DNA of 64,000 nt, taken from NCBI GenBank assembly GCA_964057225.1, contig OZ059897.1, positions 16,616,001-16,680,000 on the forward strand, in the 5' to 3' direction. A program made the position numbers and the translations under genes. Position 1 is the first letter of the stretch. Each line of letters starts with the position of its first letter. The DNA comes from Auanema rhodensis. Taxonomy: Eukaryota > Animalia > Nematoda. A model generated the notes under the pieces. The model was not told the DNA's origin. It saw nothing but the letters and a program-made list of their open reading frames with translations, and made no database searches. This document shows positions 18,901 through 33,200 of this stretch, in pieces.

Positions 18901-21900
18901 TAGTAATCTTGTGTACGAAGTAATGTGAATAAACATGTTTCAAGACATCAACACCCATTTTTAGTATTAAGTGGGTGAAGTGAAAAAAAAAGAAAAGAAA
19001 AACATACATATGATGATATCCATTCATAATTTTTTTTATATATTCTATCTATCTTTTCTTTTTTCAAGAACAAGTCATGTACCCATTTTCTCCACCCTCA
19101 TCTTTATCCTACTATGTTATACTCCTATATCTAGACATGTATATGTATGTATCTCTGTATTTCATTCTTTCTTTTCAGTATTTCACCAATTTCTCGTTAT
19201 CTTTTTCTCTCTGTATTTCATATTTCTCTCTTTAAGTTTACCCTTTTATCTCCTTCTCTTCCAGGAAGTTAAGGATCTCTGTTCGTGCTATGTCTTTCTC
19301 TTAGAAATTCATATGTAATGCTTTTGCATTTGTGATTGACTCATTCTGATCTGTCAACACTTGGAAATATTTGGCTTGTAGATATTACATATCATAGAGT
19401 TGAGGTACCCCATCTTACCATTACATACTTAGAGTTTTTAAAAACTTTTTTTTTTAAAGTTCGTCTCAAAGCATTTGTTTGGAACTGCTTTTATAGAGAC
19501 CGATAATAAAACTTTGTTTCTCCATTTTGAACCTTCTAGTTATTTCACATGTTTATTCTTGGCTTTATAATCAGTTTAAAGATGGAACAGCTGAAGACGC
19601 TATGTGGACAGCTTAACCAAAAGAAAAGTAATAAAACAAAATCCAAAAATGATTTTTTCTGACAAAACCTTCAACATATTCTTCGTCCCAATGCTGCGTT
19701 GCAACATTCTTAATAGTTTTGTCTCTATGCTCTTCTTGATACTTCGGTGTGACGTAATCTAAAGATTAGAACATTGTTCAGTCTTTGCAAATTTTGCTCT
19801 TAACTTAAGTTGAATCTCAAGTTCAAATGAGTTGCATGGAAGTGTCGAGTGTCTTTCATTCATCACCGTATTTCAACCTTTTCTCATTTAACTATTATCT
19901 TCTTAAATGTTGCTGCTATCTTGTTCATTCTGAAATTTCTTTTTTCAGTTTTTAACTTGCAATATATTCAAATACTATTTATGTTATCTCTTTCTCTCTT
20001 ATTTTTTTCTTTCTCTCTCTATCTTATTCACCATTTTTTCTTTTTTTAGCTTATTCTCGTCTTCATCATATGCCCTCTCATACTGCATATCTGGTAGTAT
20101 ATAAAGATGGACCTGAAAAATTGCTCATGTCAGTTAGACGGGATTTATATGTTTTCTTTTTTCCCTCAAGCAAAATATCACAATCAGCCTCATCACCCGT
20201 TACATCAACAACCCCAATTTCACAATCCCCCCTTCACCAGTTAAAGCTTCAGCAGTTAAATAAAAGTGCTGATTGTTGTCAGTTCATACATACATATATT
20301 GCTAGTTACCAGATAGCAAGCAAAGGAAGGCGGATGAAAACGAAAGAAAAATGGAGAAAGGAAGGAATGTTCAAGCAAAAACTATTATGTCAGCTACAAG
20401 CCTGCTGTCTTGCTCGTGCTTTTTAAATTTCAACGTGTCTTCTGCTGGAAAAAAACGCCTAAATTACAAAACAGAGAGCACGGCAGCTTACAAATTTCCT
20501 CATTTCATTGGACTACTGGTGGCCTACAGATATTCTTGGAATCACTCCTATTCAACCCATTACTTCTGTTTTCCTCTTAATCTTTCGTTTCGGTTATCAT
20601 ATTTTCATGTCTCTTTTCTATCTATTAATCTTATTCCCCCTACGCTTTTCAACATTTTGTCATCCTCATGGTATCCAGTATATATTGAATTTCTGAGATT
20701 TTTTTCTGTCTTTGTGAAGTATTTGGTTTAAATTCATCACACTTTTTGATCAAAAATGATATTTTCAATGAAAATGTTTATATACTATATAATATATAAA
20801 GCAAACATAAATTTTCTATAGTCAATCAGGTTACAACACATTTGCATCAATACTAACACATCTCATTTTTTTCAAATATATTGTAATATATCTTCTATCC
20901 ACATGCACAATATATAATTTTTCTTCATTCTTAGAATTTAAAACAAAATTTTTTTTTCTAAAATAGTTAAATTATTTGAAAAATCATCTGGTTAACCATC
21001 TGTGTGCTGTGTTAAATGCTTGTAACAAAAAATTGTTTAGATCCTCATGAAACATTTTGTTCTTCGTATCATATTTCAAACATATTTTTTCAATTATTAA
21101 CTATTTTTATCAGCTGTTTTTTTCTAATTCATGTTTGAAACAGTAGTCTATTGTGTTTTCAAATCTGAACTGCAGGAAATTGTTTCCCGTAATTCGTCAT
21201 CACTTGTCTAAAGTTAATTTTAATTATTTTGTTTCAGTCTTTTTTTTTACAAATGCACAAATCTTTAAGGATGGAGTTCTTTAAAAAAAAAGAAAAAAGT
21301 ATCCAAAGATATTTGTTGTATTCTACTTTTGTCTATATTTGCAATTCCCATAAAAACTTGTTTCACTTTTCAACTTTCTATCGGATATTTGCAATAAATA
21401 TTGAAGTTTGATCACTCTAATTTGACTTTAAATTGTTTTTTTCTTTTTTTGAGTAATTTTTTGGTTTAATTTTTTATTTAAAACATACTGATTTTAAAAA
21501 TTAATTCCTTTTTAACAAAATATTCATATTATAGTCTTTTTACTTGTATGAATTGATTACAATATATGATAACAGTGACATTTATTCAAATCTATTCTAT
21601 ATTTCTCTGGAGGGATTTCTTTTTTTTTCTGACAAACTTGTAATCAGAGTTTCAATTGTCGGAAGATGATGTTAAAAATCTAAATCCAAAACTTTTATAC
21701 AATAACTGACGAGTTGACGAACTGACGATGAGGATGTGCTCCCAGCATTTTTTTCAATAGCAAAGGAAAACTGGCCGAACAGAATTCAGAATTGAAAACA
21801 AGAAGTTCGTCAAACCAACTTTCCACTCTATTTCCAAACTTTCCGTTTATGTTTTTTCACTAGTTTTTCTTGTTAACATCTTTTTTTTTCTTTTCGGAAT

Positions 21901-22677
21901 ATGTAGAGTAAAAGTTAAATTCCTTTTCACCAACATGCTGACTGCTGGTTAGTCAGTTTGTCATATAGTATACTATAAGTTTTTGGTTGAATCCAGCTAA
22001 TTTTAAATAACTGTATATATATATACATGTATTTTATATAAATTATATATATACTATATATACTATATATATAATTAATAAATCAATATTTCATATTATT
22101 AATATAGTCAAAGAATTGATCACCTGCTTTGTTAAAATAATCAAGGCATGTTGGTGTTCAAACCTCATGTTGTTTACCTCTGAATATTTCGTTCAAAATT
22201 TCATTTCTTGTCAGTTTAAAATCCAGAAAAAAACTTAAGTTTTTTCATGTAACGGATTGGTGATGTCATCAGCCGTCAAAAGAAAAATAATTTCAATGAT
22301 TTAGAATATCTTTTTAGTTTTCTTTTTGCAAATTATAGTAAACGATAAGATAGTTTTATGGATGAATAGTTGACGTTTGTCTTAATCATTCGGAGCTTTG
22401 TTTCAAAGAATTTTGTTGATGAAAGTTCAATTTACTCTGATTACATTCAAAACAAGATGTGCTTTGTTTTAAAAATGACAGAAAATATACTTACAACTTA
22501 ATGTATGTAACTTTCCCAACAATTTCTTATAATTGTAATTTTATTATTATTATTATCTTCATTCTTTGATTAACTTATAATTTTCATTGTAATATATATT
22601 TATAAATATATGTTTCTGTATAAATTTATTCAGATTATATACTTAACCATCCCAATACTAACTATTTGATTCTAAAA

Positions 22678-23148
22678 ATGGCATTTGGAGGATTATTAGA
22701 TGGATTTTTAAATGAAAAAAGTATTGATGATCATGGTCCAAAACGACATGAGCTACATCATCCACGACGAAGCTTAACTGTCAATTCCGTTTTCACAGCA
22801 CAGGTAATTCAGTTGATTTATAATGATTTTTCTTCTTACTTACTAAAAATTTTCTTGCTCAAAAACATTTTTTGAAACATTCAAATTGAAAAAAATTTAA
22901 TACTTTTGCAAGCAAGTTAGCTTTTCAATCGTCAACTCTGATAAACATAACATGTTTGACAAATCATGTCAAACAAGAACTTTAATTTATACTGCACATA
23001 TTCATATAACATATTCTATATAAATATATTTATACTTACTTATTTATAATTTAGGATGATGGTCCTGATAAAGCAGTTATGAAGAAACTAAGTTATGCAG
23101 GCCCACCTCGACCCAAATATTCACTTCCAGCAATGATGATGCCATCAC
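22678..23148 (+). CDS. Distal first coding exons (22678-22803, 23055-23148): MAFGGLLDGFLNEKSIDDHGPKRHELHHPRRSLTVNSVFTAQ / DDGPDKAVMKKLSYAGPPRPKYSLPAMMMPS
   Basis: ATTCAG acceptor upstream, AAAATG start, CAG|GTAATT donor, TTTAG acceptor, phase-1 C|GTATGT donor. Confidence 0.75.
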
Positions 23149-26100
23149 GTATGTTTTGATTTAAATATTATTTGGGGGAAATATGTATAATTATAATTAT
23201 AAATATGAAACAAAAAAAATATAAAATCATTATTCTTGGCTGTGTCACCACCACAAGGTTTGTTTAATCTTATTAAAAAATGAAAATAAACTTGAGCATA
23301 ACAAGGGAACAACACATCATCTTATAAGTCTAAGCACATAAATACATACATACATGCATACATATAAACATAATAAGCTTTTATATATAAATATATTTTA
23401 AATTATTAACTAATTATTCTGAATTTGCTTAATTCTATCAGCTTAAATATACTATATTCATAATAAATAACTATAAATTACATCCTAGATTAGATTATTG
23501 AAAATGAATTTCTATCTATTTGAGATATTTTTTGACTGACAATTTCTTTTCTCACATTGTTGTTGGTTGGAACTACTTATTATAAACTGTGTGTGGATTA
23601 CGTTCGATGGCTAAACAATCATTTTTCTTTTAAGAAAAATGTTTTTTTTTAGTAAAAAGAATTAAAAAACCTTCTTTCCGTATGTTCATCTTTTATTTTC
23701 TTTTCAAATCTTAAAGCTTTATTGATTTCACTTTTTTTTTAAATTTTCATCAAATCTTTATTTCTTAAATAATATGATTAGTTAAGAAAATTCTAAATTT
23801 TATGAATTATTTTTTGATAATATTTATTTTAAAATAATTTATTGTTTATACAATAAAGTTTTATAATCAAAAAGAAAAAAAAAGTTATTGTATCAGTAAG
23901 CAATTTGCAATGAAGATACAACTAACAAGCTCAAAACATAAGCTTTAAAGTTGTTCTTTCAATTTTGTCTTCTTTACTTGGTTCTATGAGCATCTATGCT
24001 GATTTCTTCCTCTTAGTGCCTCCTTTTCAGTAATCCTCCAGCTTTTTCATGTTCTTGTTCTACTCAAGATCTTGTTATTCTTCATTTCCTTTTGATTCAG
24101 AAAAATGAAAAACTGAGATTTGTCGTTCAGAATGTTTTCATAATGAAACAGACTTTTTCAAAGTTTATTTTTGCTTTTCATTTCATCCCTACACGTCCCA
24201 CATATTTCCTAAAAGTTTTTGATTCATTAGGAACTTTTAGTACTTTGCAAAAAGATTTTTTTAAAATTTAAACTGAAAACTCATGAAAAAAAGAAATTGT
24301 TCATTGAACTCACATAAAATTTCTGAAAACTTTTGGAACAAAACGACTAAAATGTAATTCTTTTGTTTATTCGACATGGTTCTTCATCACCAACATCTTC
24401 ATCGTCCTTCTACATTCTCCCCCATCTTCCTTCCAACCATCTGTTTTCTTCATTTTTACTATCCAAGAATTCTGATCTAGTCGGTTGACCACATAATAAA
24501 TTTTTTTTATTCTATTTCATTCTTTATTATGCCCTTTTCAATTTAAGATTCGAATAACGCTTCGAACCTCGAATCGCAATTGTGATATTGGTTGTTGGTG
24601 GAAGTTGTTAGAGATGGGTATAGTAAGGAGTAGAGAAAGAGAGACTAGACTAACTTTAGATGAAAATGATAGAAAGAAGAGTAAAACATTTTGAAAAAGC
24701 TGAAGTGACTACCAGAAACGGACAGCAAGGCGTCGGATCGACCTCGTCATTTTTTTTCTATAAAACAAAGATGCTCTTCGAACTGACAAGCAGATGATGG
24801 TTGCCAATTTGACTTGTGGATGAGGAACTTTTCCGGATGTCAAGTCATTGATCCATGCGTTTTCCCAATTGCATCCATTTTCACTAATCAACTAGTTCAT
24901 CATTCCATTTTTTTCAAAAAAAATTTTCGAGTCTTCAAACAATATGTTAGAATTTGAATAATATTTGAAAATTTATAAAATATTAAATGTTGTTGAAGGA
25001 ATGATCAATCTTATATCGATCATGTAATTTCTTTTTTTTGTTTCGTATATCACATAAAGAAAATAAAAAAAAATAATTTTGTTATTGCTAAGGAAACACA
25101 TAATCATATTCCCCTTCGTCTCTTTGTTTTAAAATTTTTTTATAAATCTTTTCACTACATCTTATTGAACTTATCATTAACTGCTACAGGATTTGAATGA
25201 AATAGATGAAGCTTTAAATGTAATTTTGGTTTTTGAATTAGTTTATTTTAATTAATCTTTGTCTTTCTTTCACTTATAAGGTTTTAAGGTTTTAATCTTT
25301 GAATTTAAAATTATTTTATGTATCCTTAAGCACAAACCTTAGCTCATAAATTGCTTTTTGTTTCTGAAAAATGTTCGATCAAAAATCTAAGAACTATTAG
25401 AAGTACAAAAAGAAATAAAATTCAAAAAATTACTGTAAATTTCTTTTTAAACTTTTTATAACTTTTTAACTTCATCTTTTGCTTTAAAGCTTAAAATAGA
25501 TTGTAATAATGACCCAAAACAATCTCATCTGACCTGTGATGATTTATGAGGCAAGATTACTCTAACCCGACTTAGTGGTTTCTCTATCGACCTTTTAGCA
25601 ACTTAACAGAAATTTTGCTCGTAAAGCATTAGCTTTTGAGTTTCTTAATGAACTGTCTAATTACTTATCATAAACTTCTTCCTTTTCTATATGCTATATC
25701 ACACACTAGTCGATGTGTCCATGCTGAATCCCAAAGGCTTAACATCAATTTGGTCCGAAAACCGTAAATTCAGTTTGTTGTCCAAAATTAGAATCTTCTT
25801 CATTCTTTTTTTTCTTGGAAACAAAATCAGTAATTGAACGTTCACTTCCACTTCTTCTTTCCTACCACCTCCTCACATCATCTCTCTTCATCTTCCTTTT
25901 CGTACTAACGCTCTCTTTACTGGCCTCACACTCTCAAATACATTTTTAAGCTTCAGCAACTTAATTTTAATGACGTCTTCTTCTTTTGTTTTGGTCAGCT
26001 TTACAATAAATTGAAAAATACTTTTTCTTTCTTTTAATTAGAAATCGCTTCTTATTCTTCAGTTTCATCATCCCTTCTCTTCATCTTCTCGTGTTGTTCG

Positions 26101-27214
26101 TGTAGTATTTAACATCATTTTGACCTTCTAATCCTATGTTATATAACTGTTATAAGTTTATTTCATTTCCTCATTTTTTTGCTCTTCAAAAGTGTATTCA
26201 TTTCTTATAGTTCATATAGAGGTGATAATAAAATTCTTTTCATTCACCCCTTAAAGGACATTCATTTTGCAATATTCTTATATTTATATCCGGTATTCAT
26301 AAAATATATATTTTTTATTTTTTTTCACGATGGCTACAAGCAAAACGTGTAAACGGAAAGTCCAAATAACGGATAATAGCTTTGAATAGGCGGAAGAGGT
26401 GTGGGGGTTTTAACCATTTTCTCAACACGGAACACCTTTCTTCTAATGAATTTTCCTTGTTTAAGAGGTTGTGAATTCATATTTTGTTCTTCACGGGTAC
26501 ACATTTGAGAATAATATATACAATTGATGTTAGGAGTAAACATAACACAAAAAAAAAACATTTTTTTGTTGGAAAAAAAATATTTTTGACCGTTTTTTCT
26601 CTAATGTTTCAATTCAATTCGTAAATTTACATTTTTTGCAGATTTTTTATTTGATTTCTTATTATTCAAATATATTGTTATATTTTTTTATAATTAACAT
26701 TAATTCATACTGTATATTTCTATGATTTCTTATATATTTTGCCATTTTTGTAACATTTCTTTCTAATTTTTTTAAGAAAAGAAAAATTTTTTATGTACAT
26801 GCATCGGGAATAAACTAAATATTCCGTTTCTTCTCTTGTCTTGTCTATCAAAAAAAAATGACTGAAATTTATCCAGTTCATCAACAATTTTCTTTAAAAA
26901 TAAAATAAAAACAAAAAAGTTTTTTCCCTTCTTTCGATCTTTTTTTTGTTTTCAACTGGTTCATTTTTTCCTTGAAATGTTTTGATTGACATGAATATTT
27001 CCCCTTTTTCTCTGATGGCCATTGGCTTGTTCTTTGTGAATGCCCATTTATAACAGCCACTAGACTCTAGCTTTGGCGATTGCCGTTCTTACTTTCTTTC
27101 CTTATTATACCTAGAATATGAATATCATGATAGAGATGGATTGAGATCTGGTGTAGTAATAATGATAGAGAGTGAGTGAGAGAGAAAGAGAGGAAGAGAG
27201 AGAGAAAGAGAGAG

Positions 27215-27259
<45 letters not shown>

Positions 27260-30200
27260 ATGGAGAAGGGAGGAAAAGAGAGGAACAGGAAGGAGAAGTC
27301 AAATCCAAAAAAAATCTTAAAGATAATATGCTAACCCCTAGAATTAGTAAAGTTGCCCTTTTTTTAAAACTATTTTTCACATATTTCCAAATTGTAGTAT
27401 TCTTCATTAAATCAGAAAAAAAAAATTAAAAATCATCCACTATAGCCATCATAAGCCTTTTTCGGAACTGCCTTAAGAGACAATTTTTTCAATTAAAAAA
27501 TTTAGTTTTTCAATCTAAATGTTTAAAATATTTTTGTGTTTAATTCTAATTCCTGTTCTTTCATCATCAACAATTTTACAAAAACTGACGTAAACCCACG
27601 TGAACGTGACGTCAAATATTAGCTTATAACCTTAGATTAATAAATTAAAATTTAAATAGAACGGTTGTATATTATATATTTATAATATTATATATATATA
27701 TATATATATAAAATCTGTATGAATATTATCCCTTTTATCTTTAATTTATTTTACCAAATATTATCATTGATCTGCTCCAAAAATTTGTCTCATAAATTCA
27801 TTATAAATACTTTCTTATTCTAATTTTATTCAATTTTACTACAAATTCTTCTATATTCAGAATAAATATTCCATAGATATGAAGCTACTTTTATAATATT
27901 TTTTCTTTTTTTTTTGATTTTCGATGTTAATAATGAAAGTATTCTTAAACATATATATGGAAAAATTTTTTATTATTATGCTATTTCAAATTATCATTTT
28001 CATTGCTCCTCTTAAGTACTTATGATTTGAACGTCATCATAATGCTGTATACTCCCATTAACATTAAACTAACTCGGATTGAATATTCTGTTGTTTTTTA
28101 AATTTTTAGTATTTATAAATTATCTTTTTTCTTTTTTTTTTTCTTGATCAAAGTTAATAATTTCTATTTTTTCTTGAAATGAAACAACATTCATATAATA
28201 ACCATGGAACAATTTTGCAATTCCTTCTTAGTATTGAATGAAGTTTAGATAGCAACCCACACGTTCTTATAAGGATATAGATTTTGTGAAGAATCAAATA
28301 TCTATTTTGCAGTTGTTTTTTCATTTTTTGTGACTATTTGCAAAGGGAAATGAAAAAATGCGTTTTGAGTGCAACAATTTGCTGATTATCAAGCTGTTTG
28401 TATCAAGCTTCAAATTATATGGACTCTCACTACTTAATTGAATAGTTTGTTTTTTTTTAATTTTTTTCTTTTTCTATCTTCTTTTAAAAAAAAAATAACA
28501 ATTAGTCTTTTTGATGTTTTTGGTAAAATAAATGTTTTCAAACACATTATTCCATTTGTTCAAAGAGCTTAATGACAACGAATCCGCCATTTTTAGCCAG
28601 TTGCTGCTTTTCTTCTTTTCTTCGGCTTCTTCCATCTTCAGTTTTTTTTGCTCTTTTTCTTTCAATACGTTGTCATCGTCGCCCTTCCTACTATTCCTTC
28701 CATCCGTCGTCTTGGAAGGCAATGACTCGATGGCCATCGCAAGGCTGTCATTGGGCTTTTCCAATCCTCTACCTCAATTGAATACTCTCTTCTTTCTCGG
28801 TCATCTTTTCAACTCATTTACTCTTTAAATATCCTTTTTCTTCAATTTTTCATTCTTCCTATAGTTTCGTTTATAATTTCTTCCGACGTTTCCATTTTTA
28901 CTTTTAACCATATCTAATACTTTCTCTCCATTTTTTCAATTTCTTATCCTTTCTCCACACTAACTAAACCCAATTGGAAGCATTTCTTAAGTTAGTTTTG
29001 TGAAATAAGCCCTCTTTCTCCACCATATGCTTCTTTTCATTCTACCATATGTATTTCGTTTTTTATATAATTTTATTAAAATTAAAGTTTATTCAAAATG
29101 TTTCATTTTAACTTTTACTCGTTTCATAATCGAATAGCTTTCAAAAAAAAAGAAAAAGAGAGAAAGTATTTGATTGCAAACTAACAAGATATTCTATTGC
29201 GAAAAAAAAAACTTTTTATTTCAAAATCTTTCTTCATGTTGTAGTTGTACCTTTCAAGATATTTCCGTTTTCCTGTTTTTATCTGCACCTCCTCCTATTA
29301 TCTTTCGTTTCGTGCCACAGCATCATATCAACTCAATCTAAACTTTTTTTTTTGGAAAGAAAAATGATTTTAATTTTCATTTGAATATTCTAGAACTACA
29401 TTCTACTTAATTTTCATTTTCTTTTTTTAAATCTTTAATATAAACGAAGAAAGATCAATAATGGTACTTGGTCATTTTTATCAATTTTGTTGAATTTAAC
29501 TTTTGAATTGATATTTTTCTATTTTATTTTATCAATTTATTTATTATAATTTTACACAATTTTTATTTTATGAGGCATTTTTATAATATAATTTATAATT
29601 ATTACATATAGTTACATGTATCCATAACAATCAAATTAACATTTTACCTATATGTTCTTTGTATTTCTCTTATAATACTATCATTTCATTTTCTATATCA
29701 TATTCAATAAATTTATAAAAATAAATTTATTTTTTGATTTTTAATTTTCATTAAAATTGTTGAAACATTTGAACTTTTGTTTTAACTTTTATTCAATTTT
29801 TCAAGTTAATTATAAAATATTTTATACTTATATCACATTTTTTGAACTTTAATTTCATCATTAAGAATGAAATATATTTTTAAAATATATTGTTTCAATT
29901 ATTTTTTTGTGAAAAAATTCTTTGTTTCAAGTCTTAAGATATTTTGAAATACTATGCATTCGACGAGAAGAAACAATTCGTTTAAAAAATTCTTGAAATT
30001 CAAATAATTAAAAAAAAAGAATTTAAAACACTTTTATTTAATTATTTATATAAAAATTAAAAGTTTAATAACCTTGCTCTTTACACAATATTTTCATCTA
30101 ATTGAGTTTTAATTGTGTTAAATAGTTTTTTATTTATTTTAACTTTGAGTACTACTAGAATTTGAGAGAGATAGAAAAAAAAGTTGTATGTGGATGTTAA

Positions 30201-33200
30201 AGCTATAGAACAGTTGTGTTTTTTAACAAAAAAAAAAGAAAATTAAGATAGTTAGTTCAAAAGATTCACAATGATATATACACATGTTGTATAATTATGT
30301 TGTAATAAAGAGGGGAAAAATACTTTTTTTTTCTTTTTTTAGTTTATTAATTATAGTATAAATATACTTTTCATAATGTCCTGAAGTTTCATTTCGTCTT
30401 TCACTCCTTCATTTTCTCATTTATTTTCTTTATGGAACTTGAGGGAGGTTATGAGAATGCTTTTGTTCTTATTCAAGTTTATGTTTTAACTTCCTTCCGC
30501 ACTCCTTCTTCCTTATACCACCCCTCACAAACTCTTCCTATTCTCAAGTTTGCAACATCGTTTTATAACCTTTTTTTCCATCTTATCATCCAACTTTTAT
30601 AAAGCTTAATTCAGTCATAGTGGTAGCTTTTGAATTCTAATTCAGCCCGAGGCTACATCCTCCGTTTTTGCCATCAACTATGGCTCTTTCTTCTTTTTCT
30701 TCATCACAATCATCATCATCATCATTTTCGTTTTCTTCTCTTCTCTTCCTCTTTTCGAAAGATGAAAAGATTTGCAAACATGCACACATGTATTTTGAAC
30801 ATTATTTTTCCATTTATAAACTTATATGAACTTCAAACTTTTAAATTGAGTTGAATATATAACTTGAATGACGACATAATTTATACTATAACAATATTTT
30901 ATATGTTTATTTAACTATTATAATAATATTAAATGAGAAAAAATATAAAATAAAGAAACAAGTATATTGCATATCTAATTGTTATTATACTATAGATAGA
31001 TAGAGAAGGTGGATAAAAGGAAATATAGATAAAAAAGAAAAAAATAAGGATATACTTCTATACGAAAAGTATTTCCTGAAAAATTGTGTGTGTGTGTGTG
31101 TGTGTGTATGGAAGCGCGTGACCATCTGCCCCCAAGGCAAACTATTTTGCAGCATGTCCTCCCAACTCTAATTCAGTACTGCTGCCATCACCCTTCCACC
31201 ACTCTCTTTACTTCCCTCAATGGCATATCTTGTATGCTTTATCTCTCTTTCCTCTCATATGATTCTCCTTTCTCACTACTTTCCGCAATCTCTCCTTGTT
31301 ATATCTCTCGGTCATTTTCTGTTTTCACTCTTTATACTTTATTCTCTCGTTTTCTCTACAAATTTGTTTTATCTCAGCCTGTTCTTCAATCTCGATCTTA
31401 CTCTCTTACATATTAGTAAATTACCAGATTTTCGCTCCTTTCACCAACTTTTTATCCAAAAACAGCAAGACAAATAAGGAGAATTGTAAGCTTATTCAAC
31501 ATATCTTCACCACTAAAACTATTTTCAATCATAAAAAATCCATTAATATGTATATATTAATTGTATATATTCAATTTTTATTATTAATCTTTGTAACTAT
31601 TAACTATAGGATATTCTAAACTGTATTATTATATTTATAAATCATATATCTAACTATTAATTTATCTATTACTTACATATAATTAATTTATTTTTCAACA
31701 TTTTTGTAAATTTGTTCCGCTTTCATTATGAAAAATGCAACCAATTATCTGATATTTTTCATTTAAAATGAGTATATATTTAGTTGATTCTAGTATATAA
31801 TCTAGAAATATAATACATCTATCTATCTATCTATGTATATTCATTAAAACATGATTTATACTAATTTTGTATTATTGACAACAAATTATTTATTTCATTC
31901 ATTTCATTTTTCACTTCATTAATTCAATTATTTTTAAAAAGAAATGCAAAATATATATTAAATATATACATATGTATGTATGTACATATCTTAATTAACA
32001 ATATTTCTTCCTGATATATCACTTTTAAGATTATGCTTCCACTCAATTTCAATTTTATATTTTTTTAACGGAAACTATTGATTTATTTGGGAAAAAAACC
32101 CTAGATAAGCATGCTCATGACATGATAATTTGCATGTTTGTTTCATTTATTCAAGCTTTGTTCGCTTTTTGTTATTTTTATTTGAAACTTACTCTACGTC
32201 TCTTCACAAAACTCTTCAAAAAAAAAGATTTTATAGTATATTATTGATACAGTTAGTTTAACATATAAGTTTTCTATCTATCTGTCTATACATTTATTCT
32301 ATTAATACAAGAAATATATATATTTAACCTATTCATTACTATATATTCAACTATATTCTTAAAAATTATAAAGTTATTTTTTAAATTTTTTTTATACAAA
32401 ATAGTATATAAATTCTTTAAATATTTAACTATTATATGTATTTTCATAGAACTCTATGTAATTAATAGGTTTTTTTCCTAAAAAAACGGTAGAAAAATGA
32501 TTTTGTTTTCTGCTTCATCTGTTTATTGCACTTTTATTTCATTTATATAGACTTTCTGTTAAAATGAACAATTTTTATAACAAAACTTTTTTCATTTAAA
32601 ATTCGTATATGATCATTTGTGCATAATAACTTCTTTACTTTGGATTATTTCTCAAATAACCACAACCGGAGACCTGAGCATGTCGATCTTAGCTATTCCA
32701 TCTAAGCCTCAAACACTCTTCAGGGAAGGCAGCTATCTCTCTCACATACTCTTATCCATTTACCGGCTGAATTCCCTTCATGTTATGGTCAACGAATATG
32801 TCTGAAACATTTCGAAAATTCGTTTCAATCAAACAACATAAATCATATATTTTTTCCCTTTTTCACGCTGCCATAGTACTTTCAAGCTATTAACCTTTCA
32901 AACTTTTTTTTGTTTTACAATTGAAAAAACTTCTTCGTCTTTCTCGGAAAAACTTTATGAAGTGGAACGACAATTCGGTTTCCGTTTTCACTCTTACTCT
33001 TACTTCCTCCCCTCCCTCTATCTATATCTCTTTAGTCTTTTGAAAATTTTAACTGCTTTAGTTAATAATTTTCTTGAACATTTTGACCGCACTAGTCCAT
33101 AATTTTCTTAATTTGTTAGTTCAATTTTGAAAAGTTAAAAACTCATGAATGATTCTAAGAAAATTATTGTCGCTCTTTCTATTTCTTCCAAGAATTTTCT

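Noticed and set aside
16676-22600. Many 60-126 aa ORFs rich in F/L/I/S/K
   Set aside because: Low-complexity translations of AT-rich or pyrimidine-rich non-coding DNA, without splice or motif support.
27111-27429. ER-repeat and SL-repeat ORFs
   Set aside because: Translations of the (GA)n microsatellite.
32680-32805. Possible further alternative first exon MSILAIPSKPQTLFRE
   Set aside because: Would need a non-canonical GC donor; not enough support.
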